Translations under genes and position numbers: made by a program
The notes under the pieces: generated by a model
What the model saw: only the letters and a program-made list of their open reading frames with translations
Told to the model about the DNA's origin: nothing
Databases searched by the model: none
Part shown: piece after piece, positions 45,613-56,104 of the stretch
How the letters are laid out: each line of letters opens with the position of its first letter
Numbering within the stretch: the first letter of the stretch is position 1
Assembly (NCBI GenBank): GCA_963844035.1
Contig: CAWJMT010000037.1
Coordinates: 192,001-256,000, forward strand
Source of the DNA: an uncultured Gemmatimonadales bacterium
GTDB taxonomy: Bacteria; Gemmatimonadota; Gemmatimonadetes; Gemmatimonadales; GWC2-71-9
Direction of reading: 5' to 3'
Length of the DNA stretch: 64,000 nucleotides

Positions 45613-45863
45613 ACGACGAACCTGACGAGATCGAGCCGATCGATCCCCTCGATGAGGACGAGGAGGGTGACGCCCCCGCCGATTCGGAGGGAGTGGTCGT
45701 CTGTCCCTACTGCGGCGAGTCGAACGAGATCGCGCTCGATCCCGACGGCGGCGCCTTCCAGGATTACATCGAGGATTGCCAGGTGTGCTGCCGACCGTGG
45801 CGCGTCCGGGTGACGTACAGTCCCGGGGGGACTGCCGAGATCGCCGTCGAGGCTATGGACTGA
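45609..45863 (+). CDS. CPXCG-motif cysteine-rich protein
   Basis: [19 protein letters not shown]. Confidence 0.85.
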   Translation: MNDEPDEIEPIDPLDEDEEGDAPADSEGVVVCPYCGESNEIALDPDGGAFQDYIEDCQVCCRPWRVRVTYSPGGTAEIAVEAMD

Positions 45864-46464
45864 CGGCGTCGAAGCGCTTCTGAACCGCCGCCCAATTCAC
45901 CACGTTCCACCACGCGCCGACGTAGTCCGGCCGCCGGTTCTGATACTTCAAGTAGTACGCGTGCTCCCACACGTCCAGGCCAAGGATCGGCGTCTTGCCG
46001 TCCATGAGCGGGCTGTCCTGGTTGGCCGTGCTGTACACCTCGAGCTTGCCCTTGGCCACTGCGAGCCAGGCCCAGCCGCTGCCGAACCGCGTGGTGGCGG
46101 CGGTGCCGATGGCTTCCTTGAACTTCGCGAAGTCGCCGAACGTCGCCCGGATGGCGTCGGCCAGCTTTCCGGATGGCTCACCACCCGCCTTCGCCGCCAT
46201 GATCGTCCAGAACAACGAGTGGTTGTGGTGCCCGCCGGCGTTGTTGCGGACGGCCGTGCGGATGTCGTCCGGAACCGCGTTGATGTTGCCCAACAGCTCC
46301 TCGAGCGTCTTCTTGTGCAGCTCGGGATGCTTGTCGAGGGCCGCGTTCAGGTTGTTCACGTATGCCTGATGGTGCTTTCCATGATGGATCTGCATGGTCT
46401 GCGCGTCGATATGCGGCTCGAGCGCTCCGAAATCGTACGGCAGGGCCGGCAGGGTGTGCGGCAT
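45853..46464 (-). CDS. sodA: Mn/Fe superoxide dismutase (Mn-type features)
   Basis: [34 protein letters not shown]. Confidence 0.95.
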   Translation of the reverse strand: MPHTLPALPYDFGALEPHIDAQTMQIHHGKHHQAYVNNLNAALDKHPELHKKTLEELLGNINAVPDDIRTAVRNNAGGHHNHSLFWTIMAAKAGGEPSGKLADAIRATFGDFAKFKEAIGTAATTRFGSGWAWLAVAKGKLEVYSTANQDSPLMDGKTPILGLDVWEHAYYLKYQNRRPDYVGAWWNVVNWAAVQKRFDAVSP

Positions 46465-46562
46465 GAATCGCTCCTTGGAAGACTGACGGGTCGTGCTGCA
46501 GGACGAATAATGCACGGGTCGCCCGCGATTTCAAACGGGTGCGGGGAGGGTTACTTTGTGGC

Positions 46563-47045
46563 GTGATTGCGCCTGCCCAACCGACCGGTCCCCGCATCGG
46601 GGACATCGCTCCCGATTTCACGCTCTCTTCCACGGCCGGTGGTGACGTCGTGCTGTCGAGCTTGCGCGGGAAGCAGAACGTGCTGCTCGCATTTTTTCCC
46701 TTGGCCTTCACGTCAACCTGTACCGCTCAGCTGTGCGCGTTCAGCGACGATTTCGACCGGTTCGCCGCGACCGGCACCGCAGTTCTCCCGATCAGCGTGG
46801 ATTCGGTACCCACCCTGAAGGAGTTCAAGGCGAAGCACGGGATGAAGGTCGAGATGCTGTCCGATTTCAAGCGCGAGGTGTCGCGCGCGTACGGCACACT
46901 GCACGACATGAAGTTCTACAGCAATCGCGCCTATTTTCTGATCGACCGCGCCGGACGCGTGCGCTGGGCCTACCAGGAAGCGGACAACCGAGAGCGGCGC
47001 GACGACGCCGAGCTGCTGCGGCAGATCGCGGCGCTCGGCGCGTAA
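46563..47045 (+). CDS. Peroxiredoxin (AhpC/TSA family)
   Basis: APDFTL, FFPLAFTSTC (PxxxTxxC), ISVDS, LSDF, RAYFLID. Confidence 0.88.
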   Translation: MIAPAQPTGPRIGDIAPDFTLSSTAGGDVVLSSLRGKQNVLLAFFPLAFTSTCTAQLCAFSDDFDRFAATGTAVLPISVDSVPTLKEFKAKHGMKVEMLSDFKREVSRAYGTLHDMKFYSNRAYFLIDRAGRVRWAYQEADNRERRDDAELLRQIAALGA

Positions 47046-47061
47046 CCTGGGCGGGCGCGCC

Positions 47062-48342
47062 GTGACGGGGCGGGCTGCGCTCGCGCTGCTGCTGTGCAGC
47101 TGCGGATGGAGTGGGGTCGGGGAGCACGCGACCACACGACGGGCCGCGCTCGAGCTCGCCAGTCGCGCTGACTACGCCCGGGCCCGCATCGAAACCAGTG
47201 TCCTCACGTCCTACCTCGATGTGCATCCCGGATTGCGCGTGGTCCAACGGCGTCCGTCGTCTGACGCGCTCGAATACCGGCAACGACTGCTCGACGCGAT
47301 GCGCGCCGGCAGCCCACCCGAGGCGGTGCTCCTCGACCTGGCCGACCTGCCCGTCTTGGCCGATCGCGGGATGCTGCTGGACCTCGCTCCCTATCTCTCC
47401 CGCGTCGGGGTGACCCTCGAAGAGTACGATTCAACCGTGCTGGCCGCGTTCCGGCGCGGCCGCGCGGTCTACGCCCTGCCGACCGGCTACTCGCCCCTGG
47501 TGGTCGTCTACAACAAGGCCCTGTTCGACCGCGCCGGGATTCCCGCCCCGTCCGACGACTGGACCTGGGACGATTTCCTCTCGTTCGCGAAGCAGCTCAC
47601 GCGCGACAGCGACGGCGACGGATCGATCGACCAGTGGGGAACCGAGGTCGATGATCGGGTCACCGTCTGGCTGGCGTGGCTGTGGTCGGGCGAGGGCGAC
47701 GTGTTGTGCGGCGATGGCCGGCGTGCAACCGGGTGCCTCGACGCGCCGGCCACGGTTGCCGCGTTGCGCTGGTACGCCGACTGGGTCGGCGACGAACCCA
47801 TCGCCCCCCGCCGGGCGGCGGGCGGCGACATCCGGGCCTTCCTGAGCGGGAAAATCGCGATGCTCACCGTGGATCACAGCGCGGTTCCGCAGCTCCGGAC
47901 CCGCAGCGCCGGGGGCGGGTTGCGCGTCGGGTTCGCGCCGATACCACATCGCTTTGGGTCTCCCCCCGCCACCGTGTTCACTGCCGGGGGGTACGCGGTG
48001 CCGGCGCTCGCACTGCGGCGCAAGCTGGCGGTGGAGCTGGTCGCCTCGCTCACGGATTCGCTTGCGGCGCGCCTGCGCGGTGAGGCGGGGCTCGAGCTCC
48101 CGGCTGTGGCAAGTGTCGCCGCGGCCCTGGGTGCCCGCGACACACTGGGGTGGGAGGCGGCGTTCCTGCGGGCGGCGCCGTCCGCCCGGCTGCCGTGGGA
48201 GGCGCGCATCGCTCACTGGGAAGAGATCGAACCGGCCTTGGCCGGCCTGATGGATCGGATCATGGTTGGGGGCGCCGATCCGGAGGCCGCAGCCCATGAG
48301 TTGGCGCTGCAGCTCGACCAAGTGCTCGGCGCCGCCCCATGA
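47062..48342 (+). CDS. Extracellular solute-binding protein, sugar ABC family 1
   Basis: [37 protein letters not shown]. Confidence 0.82.
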   Translation: MTGRAALALLLCSCGWSGVGEHATTRRAALELASRADYARARIETSVLTSYLDVHPGLRVVQRRPSSDALEYRQRLLDAMRAGSPPEAVLLDLADLPVLADRGMLLDLAPYLSRVGVTLEEYDSTVLAAFRRGRAVYALPTGYSPLVVVYNKALFDRAGIPAPSDDWTWDDFLSFAKQLTRDSDGDGSIDQWGTEVDDRVTVWLAWLWSGEGDVLCGDGRRATGCLDAPATVAALRWYADWVGDEPIAPRRAAGGDIRAFLSGKIAMLTVDHSAVPQLRTRSAGGGLRVGFAPIPHRFGSPPATVFTAGGYAVPALALRRKLAVELVASLTDSLAARLRGEAGLELPAVASVAAALGARDTLGWEAAFLRAAPSARLPWEARIAHWEEIEPALAGLMDRIMVGGADPEAAAHELALQLDQVLGAAP

Positions 48343-49274
48343 GTCCGCGCCGCTGGCCCCGCGTGGCGGCGTTCGCGCTTGCGGTCGCGGCGGCGGGTGT
48401 GACGTACGGCGGCGTCCGCGCGCTCACGGCCCGCTACGAGCGCGAGGTGGCCGAGCGCAGTGCGGCCACCATCAGTGCATACCTGTCGATCGCCGCACCG
48501 GCCGCCCGGGGCGGCCCCGACTACGATCTGTCCCTGTTGCTGATTCAAGCGCGCGCCGTCGCCACGCTCCTCGGGTTCACGGCCTTCGAGGTGTATCACC
48601 GCACTGCGCCGCTGGTGCACGCAGTCGCGCCGCCGCTCGCGCCCGCCGAGCTGCAACGCCTGCGAAGCGAGGAGGCGACGGGATGGGACGGGAACGGCGC
48701 ACTCGCGCCGCTGCTCGACCGGGAGGGATGGGAGGTGGTGGGCGCCGTGCGGGTGCCGGTCCGCCCGCTTGCCGTCGTCTGGCTCGAATGGGGCCTGCCG
48801 ACCCTGCTGCTCATCAGCATCGCCTGCGCCGCGTTCAGTGTGTACGCCATCGGGAACGCTGGCATAGAGCGCCAGGCGCTGGCGGCCTACGCGGCGGCCG
48901 CGTTGATCGCCGGGTGCGTGGCGTATCTCGATGTACGCACGATCGCGCGGCGAGCGACGGATCGGTGGTTGGCCGAGACAGGAGCGCTGGTGCAGGAAGC
49001 GACGACGCACGCACCCGGTGGGCTCGATGTGGGCGACGTAGCGACCATCGTGCGCGGCGGGACTCTGGTTCGAACCAATGTGCTCGTGCGGGACGCCATA
49101 CCGCGACGCCGCGGTGCGGTGGCTCGGGTCGCGGTACGGATGGGCGGGGGTCGCTGGGCGGAGCTGCGAACCCAGGCGGGTGAGGCCGCGACCGGCATCT
49201 GGATCCTGTGCGCGCTCGGCCTCTCGCTGCTCGGGCCCGCGGGCGTCGCGATTACGGCGCGGTTCGCGCGCTAG
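48339..49274 (+). CDS. Membrane hypothetical protein
   Basis: About four hydrophobic segments; ATGA overlap with the solute-binding protein gene. Confidence 0.55.
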   Translation: MSPRRWPRVAAFALAVAAAGVTYGGVRALTARYEREVAERSAATISAYLSIAAPAARGGPDYDLSLLLIQARAVATLLGFTAFEVYHRTAPLVHAVAPPLAPAELQRLRSEEATGWDGNGALAPLLDREGWEVVGAVRVPVRPLAVVWLEWGLPTLLLISIACAAFSVYAIGNAGIERQALAAYAAAALIAGCVAYLDVRTIARRATDRWLAETGALVQEATTHAPGGLDVGDVATIVRGGTLVRTNVLVRDAIPRRRGAVARVAVRMGGGRWAELRTQAGEAATGIWILCALGLSLLGPAGVAITARFAR

Positions 49275-51607
49275 TCTTTCCCCGCGGCCGCGGCCTTTCG
49301 GAAAGTGATCTCCCACGCGACGTCGGTGCCGCTCGGGCTCGCCCCCGCGGCCCACTCGAGCACCGCGTGACCGGATTCGAGCCGCCGTACGGTGCACGGC
49401 ACGTCCGCTTTGCACGTTCCCAGCCGCATCCCGGATGGGATCGCAACGGTCACCCCGTAGGCCCGGCGGTCGACGTTGATCGCGCGAGCGCGCAGCGTTC
49501 TCGTCGCAGCGTCCCACGTTTCGTCCGCGATGTCCACCGCGCCCTGGACCACGTGACGCGTGGTGCCGACGACTTGCGGCCGTGCAGCGGCCGCACGGAT
49601 CCCGACCGTGAGACAGCTGTGCGGATCGAGCGTCGCCGTCAGGACTTTCGTGAGATCGGGAAGGGGAGTGCCGCGCCAGACGTCATACGCGGTGAATCGC
49701 GCGCCCGCGAGACCGAGCTCAGGCAGCGGGACTGATTGTTGTTTCGCGTCGTCATCCCAATTCGCCAGCACCACCGTCCACCAGCGCGGCGCCCCTTCGG
49801 TGATCCAGATGGGTGCGGGGCGCTCGTCGGCCGGCGGCACGCCATCGGGAGTGCTGCGCGCTGCTCCGATCGGGCGTCCCGGAGTCGTGGTGGCCGGGAG
49901 GGCGCGGTCGATCAGTACGAGGCGGTCGGCGTCGAGGCCGGCGAGGTCATCCGACAGGATGGTGATGTCTCCCGCGACGGCGACGATCGACGTCCACACC
50001 TGGGCCTCGGCGAGCGAGAGCGGGGGCCCGACGGCGAGTGCATCGGGCTCGTTGAGCCAGACCCCTCGGTGGTAGAAACTGCGTAGCGCCGCGGCGTGCG
50101 CGCGCGTCCGAATGCCGCTCCATCCGCCCTCGGTGTGGGGAGCGATGCGCATCCCGTTGACGAACCCGATGGAGGGTTGCAGGGGGGCGTTGCCTCCAAG
50201 CAGGAAGGCGTCGCTTCCCGCCCCATCGCGCAGAGCGCCGAGTCCGAGCCGGCACGCCTCGGCCGGGGTGAGCCCGCCGAAGTGCGAGCCGTCGACCGCT
50301 GCCCAGTGCAGCTGGTCAAGCCGCAGGTAGTCGTAGCCCCATTCCTGCACCACGCGGCGCGCCAGATCGAGCAGCCACTGGCGAGCGGCGGGGTGCGCAC
50401 CGTCGAGCGCGTAGATCCGGCCGCCCCAGCCGTCCTCGGTCTCCAGCACTATGGGGGCATCGTCCTCGAGGTTGCGCACCAGCCAGTCGGGGTGCGCAGC
50501 GGGGATGCCCGATCGTTCGCTCACCCCGAACGGCGCGAGCCACAGGCCGGCTTGAAACCGCCGCTCGTGGATCTGGTCGGTGAGCGAGCGGTGGCCGTGT
50601 GAGAACCGCTCGTTCGCATCCCAGTCGCCCAGCGATCGCTGATAACCGTCGCCCAGCTCGATCACCCGGAGGAAGCGGCGGTCGAAATGCGCGGCGCAGA
50701 AGTCGGCCTGGCGGGTGATATCCTCTTCCGTGAGCGTGGCGCGACGCTCGCGACCCGACGACCAGCCCGTCGGCGCCGGCGCTGCGGCGAGGCGTTCGCG
50801 GTCGACCTGCGATGCGGGGACGAAGAGGGCCCGCAGGGCGTCCACGCCGTCGCCATCGGGGTCGTAGCACAGGCGCAGCCGCGAGGTGTCGCCGCCGGGG
50901 CGTACCGGTCGCGCGGGCACCCAATTGCTCTGGGCGATGAGGGCGCCCGCTGTGATGCTCACGTTGCCACGCCCCGGGTCCTCCGGATCGAACGCGAACC
51001 CCAGTCCCCGGGTCTCGCGCGTGAGACCGAGGACCGCGTCGCTCATGACGGCCGTGCTGTCGTCACTGGGGGGAAACGCCATCAGGCGGACCCCGGCCCC
51101 CGAGTGAGCGCCGCTGACGAGCACAACGAGGGCGCCGGTCCCGGGCATCAGCTCGGGTGCCGGCGTCTCGAGAAACCTCACGCCCTTGATGCTCGAGAGG
51201 TCGCGGTCGGGGTAGATGGAGAGGCTTACGGTGGCCACGGGCACGGCGGCGGGCGGCCCTGCGAGAAACTCTGCTTCGAGGAACACGCCGCCCGCGCGCC
51301 CCCGCATCACGACCGCATCGCCCCCGGGCGGCCGGCGACTTCCCAGGCTAGTATTATCCAGGTCGCTGAGCGTGAGGAACTGATCCGCAATCCAGGCGCC
51401 GAGTGTGGCGTTCTGAATCAGCGGAACGGGCTGCCCCCCTCCGATGTACCACAGGGACCAGCGCCTTCGGTCATCGAGCTCGAACCGCAGCCGCCCGGTG
51501 CCGCCCCGGCGGCGCGCAGGCACGGGTTGTGCAATGCCGAAGCGAGTTGGCCCCAGCAGGACAGTCGAACCAGCCCCAGTCAGGAGGACGAACGTGCGTC
51601 GATTCAT
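49271..51607 (-). CDS. Tat-exported alpha-galactosidase-like glycoside hydrolase (GH36/GH27 clan)
   Basis: MNRRTFVLL Tat motif; PTGWSS, ELGDGYQ, GLWLAPF, GYDYLRLD, WLNEPD. Confidence 0.75.
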   Translation of the reverse strand: MNRRTFVLLTGAGSTVLLGPTRFGIAQPVPARRRGGTGRLRFELDDRRRWSLWYIGGGQPVPLIQNATLGAWIADQFLTLSDLDNTSLGSRRPPGGDAVVMRGRAGGVFLEAEFLAGPPAAVPVATVSLSIYPDRDLSSIKGVRFLETPAPELMPGTGALVVLVSGAHSGAGVRLMAFPPSDDSTAVMSDAVLGLTRETRGLGFAFDPEDPGRGNVSITAGALIAQSNWVPARPVRPGGDTSRLRLCYDPDGDGVDALRALFVPASQVDRERLAAAPAPTGWSSGRERRATLTEEDITRQADFCAAHFDRRFLRVIELGDGYQRSLGDWDANERFSHGHRSLTDQIHERRFQAGLWLAPFGVSERSGIPAAHPDWLVRNLEDDAPIVLETEDGWGGRIYALDGAHPAARQWLLDLARRVVQEWGYDYLRLDQLHWAAVDGSHFGGLTPAEACRLGLGALRDGAGSDAFLLGGNAPLQPSIGFVNGMRIAPHTEGGWSGIRTRAHAAALRSFYHRGVWLNEPDALAVGPPLSLAEAQVWTSIVAVAGDITILSDDLAGLDADRLVLIDRALPATTTPGRPIGAARSTPDGVPPADERPAPIWITEGAPRWWTVVLANWDDDAKQQSVPLPELGLAGARFTAYDVWRGTPLPDLTKVLTATLDPHSCLTVGIRAAAARPQVVGTTRHVVQGAVDIADETWDAATRTLRARAINVDRRAYGVTVAIPSGMRLGTCKADVPCTVRRLESGHAVLEWAAGASPSGTDVAWEITFRKAAAAGKD

Positions 51608-52150
51608 AATGGCAATGTTGGCGGCAGGTTCGATTTTGTCTACGCCGCTCGCCGCGCAGCATTCGCTCGCGATCGGAGCGGCGGCGATACTCGGCGGCGA
51701 TTGGCAGATCGAGGGTGGGGAGGTCCTGTGGATCACGCAAGTGAACGCGGGGCCGTTGCGGTATGCGTCGGTTGGAGGTCGCCTCGGAGTGTTTGTGGAC
51801 GAAAGCCAGATCACCGGCGGCACGCGCGGCATCGCTACCGGGCTGGTGTTGCAGACCCGCACGGGCCTGCGAACCTCGCCGACGTCGGCAACGAATCGAA
51901 CCCCAGTCCGCTCGGCTTCGACGTCACGTTCGAAGGCGCCGTCTATGGGTCCGCGAACGCGCCGAGTGAGTTCGGCACCGTATGGGGCGCCGTGTCGGTC
52001 CTGCCCGGCCTGCGCATCGGCGCCGGTCCGCAGATGCGGTACGGCTTGGTGTTCGGGCCGACGATCTTTTTCGGCCAAACGACCGAGGTTCGCCCGTTCC
52101 TCGCGGTGCGCTTCGAAGTCCCCATGGGCCGCTCCAAAGCCATCCAGTAG
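51594..52150 (+). CDS. Secreted/outer-membrane hypothetical protein (frameshifted)
   Basis: RBS AGGAGG then GTG; signal peptide MRRFIMAMLAAGSILSTPLAAQ; beta-strand-like C-terminus. Confidence 0.55.
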
Positions 52151-53716
52151 GTGAGCGGCCCGATGGCCGCGCCGCCGCTACACTCCGATCATCCCGGCCT
52201 GAAGATCATCGCGGAGGTGACCGCGACCTTCACGGCCGGGTTCGCCTCTGAGGACGCGCTTGCCCAGGTCGTCGGCGTGCTGCGGCGCGGGCTCTCGTTG
52301 CGGCGCTGCCGGTTGTGGCGGCGCAACCCCAGCGGCAACGGCTACACATCGGTCACCATGTCGGGTGACGAAGCGGCGCTCGCCGGCCCCCCACCAATCG
52401 CGGAATGGATCGAGCAAGGGCCGCGCTGGGAGACGAGTCCAGCCGGCGCGCTGTTGCGGCTGCCCCTGTTGCACGAATCGACCTCGCTCGGCCTGCTCGA
52501 GGCCATCGTGCCGGAAGGACGCTTTCAGGGGGTCGCGCACGACGTGTTGGTCGTCGTGGCGCAGATCCTGGCGCCGGTGATTGCGGGCACTGAGTTGTCG
52601 CAGGATCTCGCGTCGGAAGTCGCGTTGCGCACCCGCGAAGTGGACGCGCAGCGCGGGTTTGCCGCCAAGATCATCGACTCACTCCCCGTGGGGTTGTACG
52701 TCATCGACCGCTCGTACCGGATCCGCGCCTGGAACCGCAAGCGGGAGGCCGGGACGCAGGGCGTCTCGCGCGAGGAGGCGGTGGGGCAGGAAATCTTCGA
52801 CGTGCTCGATCGCCAGCCCCGCGGCTTGCTCAAGCGGGAGTTCGACCGGGTGTTCGACACCGGCGAGATTCAGCAGATGGAAATGGAGTCTCAGGCGAGC
52901 GGCGGGAAGCGCTACTACCGGATCACCAAGATTCCCATGCGCCAGGAGGGCGACACGATCAGCCACGTGATCACCATCGGCGAGGATGTCACGGAGTGGC
53001 GCGATGCGCAGTACCGGCTCGCCGAAACGGAGAAGCTGGCTGCGGTCGGGCAGCTCGCCGCGGGGGTGATGCACGAGATCAACAACCCCCTCGCCACGAT
53101 TCTGGCGTGTAGCGAGGCGCTCGGGTTACGCAATGAGGACCTCCCTCCCGGGCACCGCCAGCACGCGGAGGAGTACCTCAAGATCATCGACACCGAGGTG
53201 CAGCGTTGCCGCCGCATTGTGGACGGCCTGCTCGATTTTTCGCGTCCCAAGAGCGGCGACCGGCAGCTGGTGGAGGTCAATGCGCTGATCGAGCAGACCC
53301 TGTTCCTGCTCAAGCACCACGACCGCTTCAAGCTGCTCACCCTGGTGCGCCACCTCGCCCCGGGACTCCGCCAGCTGCGCGCCGACCCCGAGCGGCTGAT
53401 TCAGAGCTTCATGGCCCTGATGCTCAACGCCATGGACGCCATGGATGCGCGCGGCGTGCTGACCGTGCGCACCGGGGTGAACCCCGACCGTGCCGACGAG
53501 GTCCTGGTGGAGCTGGTCGACACGGGGACCGGGATCAAGCAGGAGGACCTGCCCAAGATCTTCGAGCCGTTCTTCACGACCAAGCCGCCGGGCCGCGGGA
53601 CCGGGCTGGGGCTGTCGATCTGTTATGGGATCATTGCCGACCACCGCGGCCGGATCGAAGTGTCATCGCAAATCGGGGTCGGATCGACCTTTAAGGTGTA
53701 TCTCCCTGTTGGGTGA
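52151..53716 (+). CDS. GAF/PAS sensor histidine kinase (NtrB-like)
   Basis: H-box HEINNPL; LNAMDA, DTGTGI, FEPFFTTK, GTGLGL. Confidence 0.92.
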   Translation: MSGPMAAPPLHSDHPGLKIIAEVTATFTAGFASEDALAQVVGVLRRGLSLRRCRLWRRNPSGNGYTSVTMSGDEAALAGPPPIAEWIEQGPRWETSPAGALLRLPLLHESTSLGLLEAIVPEGRFQGVAHDVLVVVAQILAPVIAGTELSQDLASEVALRTREVDAQRGFAAKIIDSLPVGLYVIDRSYRIRAWNRKREAGTQGVSREEAVGQEIFDVLDRQPRGLLKREFDRVFDTGEIQQMEMESQASGGKRYYRITKIPMRQEGDTISHVITIGEDVTEWRDAQYRLAETEKLAAVGQLAAGVMHEINNPLATILACSEALGLRNEDLPPGHRQHAEEYLKIIDTEVQRCRRIVDGLLDFSRPKSGDRQLVEVNALIEQTLFLLKHHDRFKLLTLVRHLAPGLRQLRADPERLIQSFMALMLNAMDAMDARGVLTVRTGVNPDRADEVLVELVDTGTGIKQEDLPKIFEPFFTTKPPGRGTGLGLSICYGIIADHRGRIEVSSQIGVGSTFKVYLPVG

Positions 53717-53790
53717 GGGGCCGGTGATCCCCTAGCGGCGGAACGAGAAATCGGGCTATTTCATAGGGAGCCGCCCGCGGAGGACGTGAC

Positions 53791-54465
53791 GTGTTCGATA
53801 CATTGATCGAATCGAAGCGCAAGACCGACCGGAAGAAGGCCTTCGGGGTGGGGACGGTGTCGCTGCTGGTCCACGGCGTGCTGATCGGGGCGGCGATCGT
53901 TGCCACCGTGCAGGCCGGCCAGAGCGACACGAAGGTACTAACGGATACCACGATGGTGATTCTGACAGAGGAACGGCAGAAGCCCCCCGAGGAGCAGCCG
54001 GTGCAGCTTGACGTGCCCCTCAAGGGATTTCAGACCGTTATTGCGCCAACCGAAATCCCCACGAACATTCCGCCGATCAACCTTCAGGAGAAGTTCGACC
54101 CGAAGGACTACTCCGGCTCGGGAGTCGAGGGGGGAATAGCTGCCGGCATGGTCCCGACGGGCGAGGTGTACGCCGAGGCGCTGGTCGATGAGAAGCCGAG
54201 TGTGCTGTCGGGGGCGCCCGCGCCATATCCCGAGATGTTGAAGCAGGCGGGGATTCAGGGCCGAGTGCTCGTCCAGGCGGTCATCGACACGATGGGCCGC
54301 GCCGAGCCGGGCTCCGTCCGGATCATCCAGAGCCCGAACGCCCTTTTCGACCAAGGATCGAAAAACTACGTGTCGCACGCGTTGTTCCGCCCGGCCCGGG
54401 TCCGCGGGCACGCGGTGCGGGTGCTGATTCAGATACCGATCGACTACCACATCACGGGCCGGTAG
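53791..54465 (+). CDS. tonB: Energy transducer TonB
   Basis: N-terminal TM; YPEMLKQAGIQGRVLVQAVID..FRPA. Confidence 0.88.
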   Translation: MFDTLIESKRKTDRKKAFGVGTVSLLVHGVLIGAAIVATVQAGQSDTKVLTDTTMVILTEERQKPPEEQPVQLDVPLKGFQTVIAPTEIPTNIPPINLQEKFDPKDYSGSGVEGGIAAGMVPTGEVYAEALVDEKPSVLSGAPAPYPEMLKQAGIQGRVLVQAVIDTMGRAEPGSVRIIQSPNALFDQGSKNYVSHALFRPARVRGHAVRVLIQIPIDYHITGR

Positions 54466-54501
54466 CTCTTACATCCCCGACTGGCAGAGGAGTCTGCACA
54501 C

Positions 54502-55248
54502 ATGCCTTCGCTCTACGAACTGTTCGCGTCCATGGGGTACTTCGCCAAGTTCATTGTGTTCGTCTTGGCGTTCATGTCGGTGTTCTCCTGGGCGGGCGCC
54601 ATCGGCAAGCTGGCGCAGATCCTTCGGTCGGAGCGCGAGACGCGGAAGTTCGCCCCGGCGTTTTCCCGTATGCTCAAAGAAGAGCAGCTCGACGGCGCCA
54701 TCAAACTCGCCGAGGGGGCCCGGAAGAGCCACGTCGCGCGCGTCGTAGGCGAGGCGCTGGCGGAGGTGAAGCCGCTGTTGCGTGATCGGGCCACGATCAC
54801 GGCGGCGGACATCAATTCGGTGGAGCGCTCGGTCGAGCGGGAGATCCTGATCGTGTCGGCCGAGCTGAAGCGCGGCCTCGGGCTGCTCGCGACGACCGGC
54901 TCCACGGCGCCGTTTGTTGGCCTGCTCGGCACCGTCATGGGCATCGTGAACGCCTTCACCGGCATGGCGGCGTCGGGCGGCGGCGGCTCACTCGCCTCGG
55001 TGTCCGCGGGTATCGCCGAAGCACTGATCACGACGGCGTTCGGCCTGATCGTCGCCATCCCGGCGGTCTGGCTCTACAACTACTTCACGACCAAGATCGA
55101 TTTCCTGTCGGTCGAGATGACCTACAATTCCAAAGAGCTGATCGACTACCTCATCAAGAGCGTGGGCTCGGAGTTCGGTCGCTCGATCTTCACCAAGGAG
55201 TTCCAGACGCAGAAGGCGTCACAGACCAGTGGCCCTATCAGTCGGTAA
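54502..55248 (+). CDS. exbB: MotA/TolQ/ExbB proton channel
   Basis: LATTGSTAPFVGLLGTVMGI, GIAEALITTAFGL. Confidence 0.9.
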   Translation: MPSLYELFASMGYFAKFIVFVLAFMSVFSWAGAIGKLAQILRSERETRKFAPAFSRMLKEEQLDGAIKLAEGARKSHVARVVGEALAEVKPLLRDRATITAADINSVERSVEREILIVSAELKRGLGLLATTGSTAPFVGLLGTVMGIVNAFTGMAASGGGGSLASVSAGIAEALITTAFGLIVAIPAVWLYNYFTTKIDFLSVEMTYNSKELIDYLIKSVGSEFGRSIFTKEFQTQKASQTSGPISR

Positions 55249-55681
55249 CGCCAGGGCGGCCGTCAAGGCCGATATCAACGTCACGCCGCTGATCGACGTG
55301 ATGCTGGTGCTGCTCATCATCTTCATGATCGTCACCCCGATCATCGCGGCGGGATTCCAGGCGACGCTGCCGCGCAGCGAGAACCCGGAAACCCGTCCCG
55401 AAGGGCCGGACGAAATCCGTCTCGGCATCGACCGGGACGGCAAGTACTACCTCGACACCGGCGCGGGCCCCCAGCCGGTCCCGGACGCGGACCTGCCGGC
55501 GCGGCTCCAGGGCCTGTACGCCACCCGCACGCGGGACCGCATCCTGTTTCTCAAGGCGGATCAAGACCTCGACTTCGCGCGGGTGCAGCGCGCGATCGAG
55601 ATCGCACGGTCATCCGGCGTGCGCGTGGTGGGAGCGATCACGGAGCAGAAGCAGGTGATCATTAAGAAGAAGGGGAGCTAA
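55229..55681 (+). CDS. exbD: ExbD/TolR
   Basis: INVTPLIDVMLVLLIIFM. Confidence 0.9.
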   Translation: MALSVGNARAAVKADINVTPLIDVMLVLLIIFMIVTPIIAAGFQATLPRSENPETRPEGPDEIRLGIDRDGKYYLDTGAGPQPVPDADLPARLQGLYATRTRDRILFLKADQDLDFARVQRAIEIARSSGVRVVGAITEQKQVIIKKKGS

Positions 55682-55684
55682 CCG

Positions 55685-56104
55685 ATGGCGATGGGGTCCA
55701 CCGGCGGCGGCGACGGGCTCAGCTCCGACATCAACGTCACGCCGTTGATCGACGTGCTGCTCGTGCTGCTGATCATCTTCATGATCACGCAGCCGCTGTC
55801 GCGCAAGGCGTTCGACGTGCAGGTGCCGCCGGAGCAGCACGCCCAGTCGAAGCAGCAGCCGTCGAGCCAGATCGTCCTCGAGCTGACCGCGGACGGCGCG
55901 TTCAAGATCAACAACACGCCCTATACCCTGAGCCAGCTCGAGGCTGCCTTTCACCAGATCTACGACCCGCGTCCGGCCAAGCTCCTGTTCATCAAGGCCG
56001 CACCGAACCGCAAGTACGGCGACGTGATGCAGGCGATGGACATTGCCCACGGCGCGGGCGTGCAGGTGATCGGATTCACGCCGCCGGGACCCAGCCAGAA
56101 CTAG
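55685..56104 (+). CDS. exbD: ExbD/TolR, second copy
   Basis: INVTPLIDVLLVLLIIFM. Confidence 0.9.
   Translation: MAMGSTGGGDGLSSDINVTPLIDVLLVLLIIFMITQPLSRKAFDVQVPPEQHAQSKQQPSSQIVLELTADGAFKINNTPYTLSQLEAAFHQIYDPRPAKLLFIKAAPNRKYGDVMQAMDIAHGAGVQVIGFTPPGPSQN

Noticed and set aside
49271..52078. 935-aa version of the glycoside hydrolase
   Set aside because: The Tat signal at 51607 marks the start; the upstream part is antisense to another gene
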